In this document: piece after piece, positions 1-13,710 of the stretch
How the letters are laid out: every line of letters starts with the position of its first letter
Position numbering within the stretch: position 1 is the first letter of the stretch
Assembly (NCBI GenBank): GCA_973895155.1
Contig: OZ316893.1
Location: 2,130,420-2,194,419 of the forward strand
Reading direction: 5' to 3'
From: Marsupella aquatica
Lineage: Eukaryota; Plantae; Marchantiophyta
DNA: 64,000 nucleotides
Translations under genes and position numbers: made by a program
Notes under the pieces: model-generated
What the model was told of the DNA's origin: nothing
Database searches by the model: none
The model's input: the letters and a program-made list of their open reading frames with translations, nothing else

Positions 1-3000
1 AATGTGGAAAGGGACCCTGTTTGTTAGATCTGGTAGTTATATTTGCCACATATGTTAAACCACGACTGGCCATATCTAAGGAGTAATTGTACAAGATCTC
101 CCCTTTTTTCTCATTTTATTCACTGTTTTCTCTACAGTGCCAGTCTGTTTATAATTTCAAGAAAAATTAATTGTAATTGTAGCTACAGGTAACCCATAGC
201 TTTTACATGGCAAGTGTGGTTTAAGGAATAACCTCACATGCAAATCAGGTTGGTACAAAATAATTATTTATTTATTAGAATCTTGGAAAAACTGTAACAT
301 ATATTTGAGGAATCTTCTAGGCATGCTTTTATGGAGAGAACTTCTAAGCATATGTTCTCGAAAAGTGAAAAATTGAAATCTACGGAAATTGCTTGTGCCA
401 TTGCGCATCTGAAAGGAGAAAATTTTACCTTTCCGTGCAGGACATGCACAGCCTAATTGTCCTAGGGTATGCTATGTCTTGTGGGATTTGTCCCTATGGG
501 CAGACAAACAAACAAACAGAAGAAAGGGAAGGAACTAATATTTGTCGAGGACCCTCACTAGCTTGAGAGTTTTTGGATGGTGAGGCCCAGATGGACCTCT
601 AGTGTTGCCACAATGCTCCCATGCATTTTTGCGACCCCAGTGGACCTCATTATACTCCCACTGTCGCAAAGAATGTTCTTAATCATTCTATCCTATTCCA
701 TGGGTTCCAGATACAGTCCATGAAATTGGAAGAATATATAGTTCAAGAAAAACGGAAAGAAGATTCACAAATTGTATTGCTATGGGGACCAATAGCATCA
801 TGACTCTAGGCACATTTCACCTGAAAAATATTTCACAGATGGATTTCAATTTCACATTCCTTGAAACACAACTTTCTCACATGTGCGCTCGTGGCTTGAG
901 TCGACAGGGCGCAAAAACGAAGGAAAAAAACTAACGCAACGAACTAAAACTGGAACGGCTCATTTTTTTTAATTTTAAATTGAAAAAGGTTTTATTTAAA
1001 ATTGAGATCTTACATTGAATGCCGTTCGATCTCGCTCGATCCGAAGCGCTTGTCATAAGTTCGTCCGCCCTGCAGTCACCCAATCAGGTGACCGTGCTAG
1101 CAGCAGAATGATGTCATTCTTGCCGACGCCCCTTTAGTCCTTTACCCACTTCAGAATAGTTTACAACTTTACATTCTTGGGATAGAATACCTACATCTAG
1201 GGATATTAAAAGTATATCCGAAAAACGGAAAGTGCGGGACATCGGAGGCCAATCATTTTGGCAGTCAGCCCTTCGTTCACAAAATTCCCGCAGGCGTTTG
1301 CACAAGCGTCACGACGGTGCTCCGTCACTCAAGACTGTACTGGCCACAGACGTTTCAGACGCAGTCGCCGTCTGGGTGTCCAGGAGTTTCGATCCTTGGA
1401 GGATCAAAAAAGCATCACTTAGTAAGGATCACTCTGCCTATTCTTCAGAAGGGAATTCTCTGAAGGTTACCTACAGTCGGCCCCTGAGTGCAAACCCTGC
1501 CTAGCTGCAAGTTTGTCCGGTTCTTTCCTTTTTCCCCACAGCCGTTTGCATTTAATATGCAGGTTTTATAGAGCGAAGAGGGCTTTTGTAAACATTTTGC
1601 ACTTACATTTCACAAATGTGTAAGTGCAAAATGCTGCATACCATTTTATGTAAAGTTAATGTTGCAATCATTAGAGATAGCTGACTGGATCTCATTAGAA
1701 ATTTGAGATTTTAGAATCTCTATCTCTACTGTATCATATCTATAAGTGCAAGTCCGAGAATGTGCACTTATCATTTAGTGCAAACCACATATAAGTGCAA
1801 GGGCCCAGGAGTGTGTACTTAGAAGGAGTTTCCTGTAAATTGAAAAAATGAAACAGCACTTCATCCTGAAATGCGAGCGAATTAAAGTGTGAGCACATTG
1901 AGTGGCCGAGAATAGTTGTTGCAAGTACATGAGTGGGAGAGCAAGGTCCCCGAAACTTTGGATAAAATTTTGTAAAAATACTTCTAGGTGGGGTTTGCTG
2001 GTCCCCCCTTCGCGCCACCCCCCCCCCCCCCCCCCCCCCCCCACACACACACAAATAAATTATTCCATTCCATATTCTCTTGGATCAGAAATGAATTACT
2101 CCTCCGACTGTTTATGGTGGTCTATGTATTTGTTCTTAAGTTTAATTAGCCAGGTTCGTGTAAGGAAGTAAGAAATGAAAAAGGACCAAAAAGGGCAAAA
2201 TCTCCCGGATTTCATTGGTATACCTACTGTAAGATGGAACATTTGATGGTGTACAGAATTTTGAGAATAAATATGAGATGTGGGCCCACCAATTTCCCCT
2301 CATTGGTAGTCAGGGCAGTTCCTAATTTGGATCCTCACAAGATACCCAAGAGAAAAGTCATTGTTGGGGGAGTGCTTTTCCGTTTCCTTGGCTTTTCTTC
2401 ACGTCACTAGAAAACAAGAGAGGCGTGTTTGGGGGATATTGGGTTTGTGACGTGTATTTCATGGCCTCTGGCCTCCGACGGCGGAGCCTCCGCAGTGGGG
2501 CTCAAGGACCACGCCAAATATTCAGTTACTACACGTCCCCAAGGGCAGATGAGCAAAATGTTAGCAATCAAATGAACCTACATGTAGCGCTGTTTCTACT
2601 TCTTGTACTGTCCTAAGAAAAGAAACAATCTATTAAAACCTTTAAAGAAGATTCCAGAATCGACGGTTCAAGAGCTTTTTCCTTGAGTAAAGAGGTTGGA
2701 AAACATCATTTTCTTCACCTCAAATACTGTCTGATGGTATGGATCTCTGTTCTCATGTTCAATCTCTCCTCATTAAGATGCCATGCAAAGAAAACTGTCA
2801 ATGTGGGATTCTCTAGGAAACCGAGTACAGTAATGCTAGATAATATTAATATTTTAAACATGATTTGACAAAATATTTTAGTACCTCATAAGGGTGAAAG
2901 GAGTTTTCCAATATATATGTTAAGAATATTCTCAAGTATCTTGATGTCAATAATGACTTTTTTAGTGTATACATTGGTTTTAAAATTAGAAAACCAAATC

Positions 3001-3709
3001 TGGAGACTAATATTTGTGCATTATTTCCTTGAACAAAACACGATTAATGTTTTGCGCTGAATTGTGGGGTTGGTACTACTATAGGAGTATCCAGGTGCAT
3101 TACATTGTTCACCGCCGTAAGTGTTCCTCACATCAATTCTGGTGAAGCAAATTTTGGCTGCACTCCTGAATTAGTTACCCAAAGAAACGCTACAGGCATT
3201 TTAAACCAAAATTGCCAAAATCAAAGAAGGTGCATGCCCCAGATTCAGCATGAAAATCCTTGGCCCTACAATGCATGGATGATTGTTGAAAAACCCTGTT
3301 CCGCTCTTATTGGAAGTAACAATAATTTCCCCCTCCATCTATTTAGATGCTAACACTAATAGCAGTGGACGTGTAGGTGTATATTTCAGTGTGGCAGTCA
3401 AGCCTTCTAGAAGGGTATGTAGAGACGTCCTTGTTGACCGGTACTCTCACCAATTTTTATTTGACAGATAGAGGGAAAACAAACCCAACAACCAACCCTC
3501 GCAAACCAGGGTCAAGCATTAGGTTCTGGGAAAAGTCTCATGGTAATCTTAACGTTTATGTGAGGATAATTTAAATTAAGAAATGCTATTTTCATGTTTT
3601 TTGGAATGGAACATTAAATTAAATGACACATAAATTGCAATAACAAAATATATAATAGTCTTAGAAGAAGGGAGTTTTCTGGCACACCTGGGATGCATAA
3701 TTATGATTA

Positions 3710-3937
3710 TGTCTCATTAAACCACACCTGCCACTATAAAAGCCTCATTCCATGGCTCACTACTCACCATAAAAGGTGTAACACTAGCACCTTTTGTGGA
3801 GTACTTGCCAAAAAAAGCTTTTGCACTCAGCACCTTTTGTGGAGCTCAAAGCCCATTTCTGAACTTGTACTCTACAAAATGAGAGCTATGGGTTACCCAT
3901 AGCCCTTTATAGGGGCAGGTGTGGTTTAAGGGAAACC
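3710..3937. mobile_element. Small non-autonomous MITE (Tourist/Stowaway-like)
   Basis: TTAAACCACACCTGCCACTATAAA (3717-3740) is inverted relative to TTTATAGGGGCAGGTGTGGTTTAA (3906-3929). TA flanks both sides. A related partial end lies at ~189-234. Confidence 0.6.
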
Positions 3938-5480
3938 TAAGATTTCATCGTGCTTCCCAGCTTGGCTTAGCCCATGCATGCTAGATCTCCGGCAACATTA
4001 GTGTAATGTGTATCATTGATAGGTCCCTTGTTTGAAAGTCACTTGTCTTGAACTGGGAATCTCTAAACAAGAGTGTCATTTCAAGATGCCCAATTTGAAC
4101 ATTTCCCTGTGCTGAATTTGGGTTTCTTCAACAGGATCAAGAGTATTATAAGAGTTATTATGTTTTACTTGTCAGTACAAGTTTCATCCAAGACAAAAGA
4201 AAGATACACTTACTATCCTGAATACAATTATATTTGAGTAAAGGAAGGGCTTCCCTTACTCAGCCCGCAAATCCCTACTCACAAGTATAGTTTACATATC
4301 AAAATTTGTTATTACTAGAGAAATTATCATCTTTGATTGCAGTCCATGGAGTAGGTCATGAATAGTAGAGTGACGTTGGTTGTGATTGTAGTGTAGATGT
4401 GTCAAGACTTCCAGATTGGTCCTGTAAACAAGGGTCCACATGGTTGAACTTTGGTTGTTAAAAATATCATTCTTTTTTACACTCGACCAACATAAACTTC
4501 TAGAAATGGCTGATAAAGGAGAAACACTATGTGCCTATGTTTACGTGGGTAGTTTCAGCTTATGAAACACTAGGGGCTTGAAGTGGTTTATCCCCTAGTC
4601 TCAATTTTTTTGGAAACTCTAAGTCCTAATTCATTGGGGAATGTCATTAAGATGACCGCCTGCCACAAGTTGACTAAGACTGATTTGAAGACTCTTGCAT
4701 GTAATGAATTGAAAAGTGTTGAATGTGAGGAAGAGAGAGTTTCCAATAATTTGATGTACCTAGAGCATGCAATCTTTGAACAAGCTTGAAGGCTGGTAGT
4801 TACACTTTTTCTTCTGACTTTAGAGCTACATACATGCCTCCATCAGCTCCAATGTATCTACATTTTTAAAAGGCATAGGTGATAAGAAAATAGTATTTTT
4901 AAATTCAAATTCATATAATATTTTCTAATATAAACCTTTTATTTTAGCAGTGACAGTGAAAAAGGCCCTCGTTGTGGACTATTTTATAGTAAATAAGTAT
5001 TTTGAGTTAAACCCAATGTTTTTCTATGTTTTGTTGTCAATTGCAATGGTGCTACCACTTTCAACAATACCATCGGACAAATTAGATGGAATGGTCATCA
5101 AAGGCAAGAATGCTATCAAGCAACAAGGGAGAATGGGGTAGCAAGGGGCAAAATTGGGCAGCAAAAAAGGATAAGGAAAAGACACAAGGCAAAATGGAGG
5201 CAGCATTGGGGAAATTTGGACATCAAATAGAATTGAAATTAAAGGAACAAAAGGATATATGTATTAGACATGGCATCTCTAAGGCACCTCATTGACAAGT
5301 GTGAGAATAACCTGGGTTGGAGAGAAAATGTTAACTTTGTTTCAAAAGTTATTATGCATCATTGAAAAGCATAGTTGCTAGTTGCCAATTGATTTTTAGT
5401 ACTACACACCAGGACTAATCAACTTGTCAATACCTAGTGCACGCTCTGGGTGCATGTTACATCCAACATACAGTTTCATT

Positions 5481-5510
5481 CACTAGTAGAAACCGGGGGG
5501 TATTTAGACC
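5481..5510 (+). repeat. Left TIR of CACTA element
   Basis: CACTAGTAGAAACCGGGGGGTATTTAGACC. Confidence 0.95.
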
Positions 5511-6306
5511 CCATTAAACGACTATTCAGTACCGTATAGGACTTGGAAACGACTGGGAAGGACTCTAGTCCTTTATAGGACTGCGAGTCGTATGTTTTGT
5601 TACTATAATCAACTGAATCCTTTATAGAACTGGTTTATAAGTCGTTTAATAGACTGGATTTTCAGTCTATTTTAGTCTTTGTGTGGGTAGCTTTGGTGAG
5701 TCGTTTTCAGTCTTTTATGGGCTGCGATGATGAGTCGTTGGGAACGACTAAAAAGGTTATGGAGGGTAGTCTTTAAATATACTTTGTGGGGTATGTATAA
5801 GTCTTTCATGTCAACTGGATATGAGTGATGAAGACCCCACTATACTACTTGGAATGAACCCACTCTTGTGCACAAATAACATATTGCATTCATATTTTAT
5901 TGTGTACTTGGAATGAACTCACTCTATAAGTTCACCATTCATCATGTTAACATTAGAATACATAGTTTCAGAAAGCCATCTTCTATACCATGTACACTAA
6001 TATGAATTCACAGATTCAAACTTCATAGACTACAAAGAAGGTCACAAAGTATTCCTCTATACTATACACACTAATACTGAAATGATAAAATAGATTCAAG
6101 TATCATAGACAATCACCATAGAGCCATAGTTTGACATCAATCACTTGTTTCATACATACAGAATTCAAAAATATCAATGTCACACACAATGTCTCCTTCA
6201 TCCTCTTTACCAAATGGAAAAATTGGTACAGATATTTCTTGGATCTTTCCAAGGCAATGTCAAAATGTGACACAATTCACATGATTCTATCTACACTTGC
6301 ATTCAG

Positions 6307-9300
6307 TCATTGCAGACTAACACACTCTGATGGCCAGAGCACAAGAGATCCTACTGCATTTGCAATTATTTCCTAAGGTGGATCATCGTCTCTATTCGGA
6401 AATGGCAAATTACAATCAGATACAATCACTGTAGTCAACAACACTACTACATGGTCATCCGGGATCACTTTGCCATGGAATTTTGCATGATCCGGTCGCA
6501 AAATGCCTGTACCCACACATACCTGCGAGTCATCCTCCCATGATAGAAGATTATGGACTGGCTCTGCTGTGGCTATCACCTCCACCTTACCCTGGTTGTT
6601 TTTCTTGGCTTTCCTGGGTGGCTTATACATGACATTATTCATACCTTGGTTGCGAGTCATGACTTTGGCACGAGTGTTTTGTGCTGGTGATCGAGAATTG
6701 GCTACACTCTTCTTCAAAGAATCTGCATCCATATTTGACACTTTTGATTGTGTAGCAGGATTTCCCTGCGACATCATCTCAATATCTGCCAACATTGTAC
6801 TTGCTTCAATTGAAGCATCTACAATCTTACTTGCATCCAATGTTGCTCCCAAGTTTTGACGTCGCTTCACCCTATTCCCACTTGGTTGAGAGTCTGTCAA
6901 CTCTGCATCAACTACAATTCAGTGTCATGTCCAACATAAGTCAATCACTCATCACATGTGCTAAATGTACATGTCACCAACCACAAAGTTGTCACTATCT
7001 CCTTACCATTATGAACAGCCTTCTTCCCCTTCTTTGCCATTGCCATATGCTCCATGTCTGCTTCTGTTGATCAATAAACACACCACAATATTCAGGTTGA
7101 ATCTATTAACCACTGAATTGTTGCTCAACATTCATATAGAGGAATTTAAAGCATCAGCTTACCTGATACCTCCTTGGCTATGGTCACTGAGGCACTGGGC
7201 ACATCTTCTTCATTATTGCTCTTTGAATCACCTGATACATCAATCATGATGTCACTTCAGATCCCAGTTCATCCAACCAGTTCTTACAGAAAAGATTACC
7301 TCCAACCGGCTTAAGCTTCACAAAACTCCATGCACTTTTCAAATGTAATGTACTGGATCATAGCAGGTTACCTGTCTCAGCAACCTTCTTGCCCTTCTGC
7401 TTACTGATTACAGGGTCCTTCTCTGCCTCCACTCTTCCTGCATTCAAACCATTCACTCAATTCATGAAAACTTACTTCTAACATTTGAACATAGGACACA
7501 ATGAACAATGGGCTGGTGTCATTTCCATACCTGTGTCAGATTTGCCAATTCCCTTTTTTGTTAACAAGGGCACACTTTGTACAATGTTGCCCTCATTGTT
7601 TGGTTGGGAACCACCCAATTTTTCAATCACAAGCTTGAAATTAGATTCCACTGATGCAAGAAGGTTCGCTACAGATGCCTCCACAATATCCAAACGATCA
7701 GCCAATTTACTTTCCACTCGAGGGAGTCCACACTCTAATGACTTCAACCGTTCACACATCTCTGTGAGAGTTGTAACAGTTCCCTGTCATAACACAGCTT
7801 ACATATCTCAGATAACTGTCCCCAAGAACTGGTTGCTTACTTCCTACTACATTTCTTTCTGATGCTCAAGGCCAAATAGTCATAGAACATACATAATTAC
7901 AACATAATCACCTGTTTGGAAGTCACACTTGTCACCTCACTCCTTTGTTTCATGAACTCCTCTCTCACTTCTTGTGCTGATGGTTCTTCACCTGTCAATT
8001 TCTTCTGCAGTCCACATCAACATACATATGAATGAAACCAAGTGTTGATTGTCAATGAAAATGTAATAATGGTAGCAAGATGATAAGTTTGAGGCTTACT
8101 ATCAGGCATGTCACTGCCTTACCAATTGTTCTTTCACTGGAGCATAACTTCCTCTCCCAGCCTGTGAAAGGTGTTTCACTTTGCCTCGAGCATTTGACAT
8201 CAGTTCACTCTTGCTCTGTCCAGCCTCCGACATGAACCCTTTGATTAACCGTGTCCATTGATCCAGTTCCAATGATGGGGGTGGTGGCATTCTCCTGTTA
8301 GAACCATTGTCTATCCACATCCTTTTCAACCTATGCCTCTCTTGTTTCAAAATCCTCATTGCATAATCTGATATGCAATCTTCAACTGGGCCCTTACCAT
8401 CATTACCAACATAGTCCCACCGTTCAAGAATGTCCTTGCAGATAGCAGCCCAATCAGCTTTGTTCTAACTCCTAAACTCTGTAATGCTCAAATCTAACCA
8501 ACGCAATACTTCTCCTCTTAGGTTAGAATGCCAACGGTTCTTACCATCACATGTGGGAGTTATCCAACCTTCGGAATTCACTTCTACTTTACCAAATTTG
8601 TTACTGTCTCCTGCCTTGGTACTCCTTGAAGCGCTACTAGGTGTCCCTCCACGGCCTGGTGTCCCCCCACGGCCTGGGGTCCCTCCACGGCCTGATCTCC
8701 CCCCACGGCCTGGATTGCATTGTCCAAACCTCCCTGGAGTCCCTGCACATTTACAGGATCCATTTACAGTCACTTACATTAGGTAAGTATGAATCATAAA
8801 TCCCGCTGCCAAATATATAGTGGACTTCAGAGCAATTCTGCAATGACCAAGTTACCTCTCCCTTGGCGCATAGATGGTTCTGGACCACCTGTCCTATTGC
8901 TTTGTCTTGATGAATTAGGGGCGTTTCTCCCGCCTGTGAATGATTGCCTCCTATCTGAACGTGGATGGCCTTTGTTGTTTTCGTGATTGTCCCAATCAGA
9001 GTCTGCATACCAACAGGTACATGCCACACTCATGGACCTGTAAGATAAACTCTTTGCCCTAGCTACACATCAGATAAGTGCATATTGAGCTAAATCTCTA
9101 CTACCATCACAAAATCACTAGCACAAGGCACTTACTTGTCCAATCATCCTCCTCACCTTTCCATTGCCCTCTGTACCCGTCTCTACCACGCTCTGGGTGT
9201 TCATATTCATCCCATCCATCTTCTGCTCCATCATAGTCATCATCATAATTATCAGGCGTCCCTTGCCAATAACTCTGGCTCCTTCTAGGGTATGGATTAT

Positions 9301-9478
9301 GTGATTTCTCTCTAGCTGCCCACCTACCTGGGACTTGATGAGGGCCCTGTGCATCTTGCACAGGTGCATTTTTCTGTGAGCCCCCTGCATCTGGGTCTCC
9401 ATCCATATCCAATCTTTCCTCTTCACCCCACTCTCCAAGCCCCATGTCTGTCTCCATGTCATCACCCTCTTCCCCCAT
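6307..9478 (-). pseudogene. TnpA-like second gene of the CACTA element (Ptta/En/Spm-like region plus C-terminal TNP1/DUF8039-like domain), 9 predicted exons, 2 premature stops
   Basis: Phase-consistent GT-AG exons: 9478-9136, 9002-8856, 8742-8123, 8004-7912, 7783-7531, 7437-7372, 7231-7163, 7063-7007, 6902-6307. Motifs are QWTRLIKGFMSEAGQSKSELMSNARGKVKHLSQAGRGSY and FHGKVIPDDHVVV...LPFPNRDDDPP*EIIANAVGSLVLWP. In-frame TAGs lie at 8465-8467 and 6373-6375. Confidence 0.75.
8640..8712 (-). repeat. 18-bp coding tandem repeat encoding (PGRGGT)n, an RGG-rich segment
   Basis: CC(T/C)CCACGGCCTG units x4 on the + strand, translated as PGRGGRSGRGGTPGRGGTPGRGGTP. Confidence 0.8.
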
Positions 9479-9655
9479 AGCTTCTGCACAGCACCCACAA
9501 CCAAATAGGGAGAATCAGCACACTAAATTCAAAATATCAATCAATTTCATGCATATCCAACTATCCTAAACATCATTCCAGGCAGCAATTCCCGTTCTGT
9601 GACTCTATGCAGGTAGTCATCCTCAACCTCATACTTGCCAATCGCCAGCTGTTGC

Positions 9656-12600
9656 CTATTGCAAATCATCAACCTCATCATATTCCATTTTCCCAGGTTC
9701 ATCATATGTCTCTCTCAATGTTAAGGGGATGTAGTCAGTCCTTGCCCGAGTTGGAAGTACAGTCTCATGACTAGGATGCTCGAATGCAGCATGGTCATCC
9801 AAACTAAACTCTACTTTACTTCCATCCATCCGCCTGTTCCGTGCTTGGCTATGGCATACCACCCTCCAGCCATGTGACTCCTCCACATCTGCAAAGAAAG
9901 CCTGTTCAACTTGGCTAGGGAAAACAAAAGGCTCAGACCATTCTGGTACTCTGGACCTAAAATTGGCCAACAAGAACCCATCATGATCACGCTTCATGGT
10001 GGCCCTTGGTCTCTACCACTCTGATTTCACCCATGATCCCTTCATCAATATCACTGGGACACTTGTGTTACCATAATTCAACACCCAAATGTCGGTCAAC
10101 TCCCCCACGTAACCCATCTTCATCCACCCCCTCTGTTCTTCAGAGGTTCTGTGCTCAAACACAGAAATCAACCCACAATCATATGATACACAATGGTCAC
10201 CCTGCTCATCCCTCACTCGATAATGATTTCCATAAGCTCTCATCCGTTTGTAGGTCAGAATAGACAATCACGACGGCACAGATAGAAGATACAAATCCTT
10301 CTCCATATCTGGGTGATGTCTACTATGCTCTCGAATTGTCACCCGAATCCACTGCTCGAACTGTGGGAAGGGATCCTGCTGCCCAGAGTGTGCAGCTTTT
10401 TGCATATCATATTCCCTGCAATATGAGGTACAAGCATAGTTAGGTCTAAACAACACATGACAACCCAAGATCACCCTTGGAACAGACAAGAAGCATCACA
10501 ACAAAGGCAAGTCAATTCAATCACTCACCTCCACCATGGTTGCATAGGCTCTGTGTTTGCCAGCACATATGAATGAGCCTTGTCTCGAATCGCAACAGGC
10601 AGCTAAACAGCACGTCCCACACCTTCAACAACCTCACCACTCACTCCATCATCTTCACCAGATTTCCAAACTCTTGTCATAGCTTCACCAGACCCAGCCA
10701 TGTACTCTGTTAGGAATCCCAACGTCTCATCCTTAATGTACCCCAATGCCATGGAAGCCTCTGGCTTGTAGTATGTTCTCACATGACCTTTCAACAACTT
10801 CATGTATCGCTCCATAGGGTACATCCATCTGGTACTGACTGGCCCATACTGCCCTAGCTCTTCTACCACATGGATTAGGAGATGAGTCATAACATCAAAG
10901 AAAGCAGGGGGGAAGTATATCTCCAAGTCACAGAGGACATAAGCAGCATCCTGCTTCAACTGCTCCAATCCTTGGGGATCCCACACTTTCACACATATAC
11001 GGCGAAATACATTGCACAGTCAAAGAATGACATTACGGACTGGTTTCTGCATGAGACCTCTGAGGCATAGGGGCAGAATGTGCTGCATCAACACATGGTA
11101 GTCATGTGTTTTCATACTGCCAAGTTTATTCTTTGTAATATGCTTCTTGAAGGCACCAGCATAGCCAGAGGGCACTTTCAGACAGCTCAATCTATACAAG
11201 AATGTCTTCCATTCATCCTGTGTGCACACATAGGGAGCTTGGAACTTGAGAAGTACATTGGGATTGCTTGCATGGGGCTTCAACCAAAGGTGAGGGCGAA
11301 TCCCCTTCTGTTGCATATCAGCTCGAACTGCTCCTGTATCTTTCTCACCCGACAAGAACTTCAGCAAGCTCTCACAAATATTTTTCTCAATGTGCATGAC
11401 GTCCACATTGTGTTTGCTGGGCTCGAATTCCTGCACTCCACAAAGCAAAGAATTCAACAACAGAAACACTAATTAACCACAGAGGAGGATTGTAACCAAC
11501 ATCAATCCACCATTGCTCCAATCTAAAATTGCAATCATACAGGGGCTGGAGGCTAAGTACATTACCCTCCAGTACTCCAACTCCAAGTCCATCAAGGTCT
11601 GTCTTTTCACACCGTGTTTCACCACTGGATCCTCAGGTTCTCGATCAGTGGCACTTCTCTTGTCCCAATCAGCCTTCCTGGCTGCCCACCTCAGGACTTG
11701 CTCTCTGGTGACCCTCTGTGGTGGGCCACGAAACTCTGTTTTGTTGTTGAAGTGTGCAATTTGAGACCGTGTGTGCCTGTAAGGATGATCAACAGGCAGA
11801 TACCTTCTATGCCCCTGAAATTTCATACTGTGCAGGGCATGCGACCACTCACTTGTCACATTTTTCCCACATGGTGTGCACCCCACATAGCCCTTTGTCA
11901 CTCGTCCAGATATGATGCCATGGCCTGGGTAATCTGCTATATCCAGCAAACAAATTGCATGCAGTCTAAAGGGGCTGGGTCGAAGAAGCCCCTTCAGAAC
12001 ATCATGGGTTAACACCCCTTCTATCCACAAAGTCTTCCACTCTTCCACTGCTGGAGCCAACATGATATCTATGAATTGCTCGGTCACAGAAGCTGGTCCA
12101 GGGATTAACAGCACCATCATGACAAAAAACCTGTTTGTAGTCATCCATGGGGGAAGGTTGTAATTTAGCAGCGTAACCGGCCAACATGAATAACGGTTGT
12201 TTTTGTCTCCAAATGGGTTTACTCCATCCAGTGATAGACCAAATTGAAAGTTCCGCTTCTCTGCAGCAAACTGTGGCCACCTCTCATCAACAAATTTCCA
12301 ATGGTTGGAATCTCCAATGTGACGCTGCAGGCCATCACTGCTCTTGTTATCAAGAGTCCATGTCATCAGCTTGGAAATGGCAGGGCATCTAAACAGACGT
12401 TGTAGTCTAGGAATGAGAGGAAAATGACGAAGAACCTTGGCAGGGTGTGTACATTTCCCTACATTCTTGTACCTGTGCTTACCACAATGAGGGCATGTCA
12501 ATTTATCTGCATGCTCTTTGCGAAAGAGAACACACCCATCAGGGCATGCGTCAATAGACACATAGTTCAGCCCAAGGTTAGACATCAATTTCCTAGCCTC

Positions 12601-13356
12601 GTACATATTTTTTGGAATTGAATTACCATCTGGTAACACATTTCGGCGCAGGAAGGTCAACAACTCTGTCACAAATATATTGGGAACATTGTGATTGCCA
12701 CAGATGTTCAACAACAACACGACAAAACCCAGCTTGGAGTAGTTCGACCCCTCGTAGATAGGAATGCAAGCTTCTTTGATGTGTTTTGGGCCCCCAAACA
12801 CCCACTCCCTCTCTGCTGCACCTTCCCCAATGTCAAAGTCAGGTTCAGCTTGGCCGTCGCCAATGTGTGGCTGCGGTTCATTGTCCTCTTCTGATTCCAC
12901 TGTGTCGTAAAAAGCATCAAGGTCTTCAAAAATCTCTTGAACCATTCTTGGGACATCCATCCCACCGTCCTCAGTGACTGCCTCTGCCTCTCCATCTTGG
13001 TCATCCACGTTCTCATGTTGGACCCCAGGACCATCCTCTGCACAGTCTATGTCCTGCTCTACGTAGTCTCTACGCCTAGCTGTATTAGAATCCACAAAGT
13101 CAGCTCTCCACTCTTCATCAGAGGAGTCTTCTTCTGCTGGTACATTCCAAACCCTCCACTGAGGGTGCCTTTCATGCCGCAGCAGGTGAAGGTGCACAGT
13201 GTTCAAACTCAACGACTTGAATCCTTGGCACTGTGTGCATGGGCATCTCATCCTCCTACTCCTACCTTGGGCGGCCCGGGCTTGTTCACGCATCCACAAT
13301 TTAGAATCATGATGCCTAATCCTAAATGGGTTGTGAAGAGGCAACCTTGGAGCCAT
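9656..13356 (-). pseudogene. CACTA TnpD/TNP2 transposase (transposase-associated, Transposase_21, DUF4218 and DUF4216-type regions), 3 exons, 4 premature stops
   Basis: Exons 13356-11566, 11430-10529 and 10415-9656, with GT-AG introns of 135 and 113 bp. Hallmark motifs: CPCTQC, IDACPDGCVLFR, LRHFPLIPRLQRLF, GLSLDGVNPF, YSCWPV..LNYNLPPW, DYPG, HNVDVMHIEKNI, MKTHDYHVLMQ, FPPAFFDVMTHL, RWMYPMERYM, EPFVFPSQVEQAFF. In-frame stops lie at 11020-11022, 10603-10605, 10268-10270 and 10013-10015. Confidence 0.93.
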
Positions 13357-13710
13357 CACTATACACGCACTCAGCACCCTGTCATTTTATTATGCAAGTG
13401 AAAAATACACTTCCTATTAAGGATTTCACCCCCGACTGTACTTGCCAAAATACGTAACGTTCCAAAAAAACAAAAAAACAAAAAATATAGGTGCCTGAGT
13501 CATGTACCTATTCTCAAGTGAATGAGACAAAATTCCTAAATGTTTGAGGGTGTCAACTCCTCCGCTGTCCTCACATGTACTGCCTCTGCACGTACATCCA
13601 TGACCATATCAGAGTCCAATCATGTATAGTCATAGACACAGGTGCCAGGTGCGAGACCGGTGTGAGATGTCCTCATCTTACTACCACATCAAATACGGAT
13701 ACCAATCCTG

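Noticed and set aside
1593-1633. Perfect 15-bp stem hairpin CATTTTGCACTTACA / TGTAAGTGCAAAATG
   Set aside because: Too short for a miRNA precursor. The TAAGTGCAA motif recurs nearby, so it is probably part of a degenerate repeat.
1740-2171. Poly-Gly/poly-Pro ORFs (also 61687-61919)
   Set aside because: Artefacts of C or G homopolymer runs.
4440-4789. Possible hAT dimerisation-domain remnant (NVIKMTACHKLTKTDLKTL)
   Set aside because: The similarity is too weak to support without a profile search.
6373-11022. Stop-codon readthrough, an alternative genetic code or U-to-C RNA editing as the explanation for the in-frame TAG/TGA codons
   Set aside because: The host Yippee-like gene ends normally in TAG, U-to-C editing is organellar, and C>T decay of a methylated transposon explains all sites more simply.
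11080-13401. Plus-strand and alternate-frame ORFs overlapping the transposase (also 6503-6859, 7485-7862 and 56188-57945)
   Set aside because: They are antisense or shadow frames of real coding sequence, with no recognisable domains.
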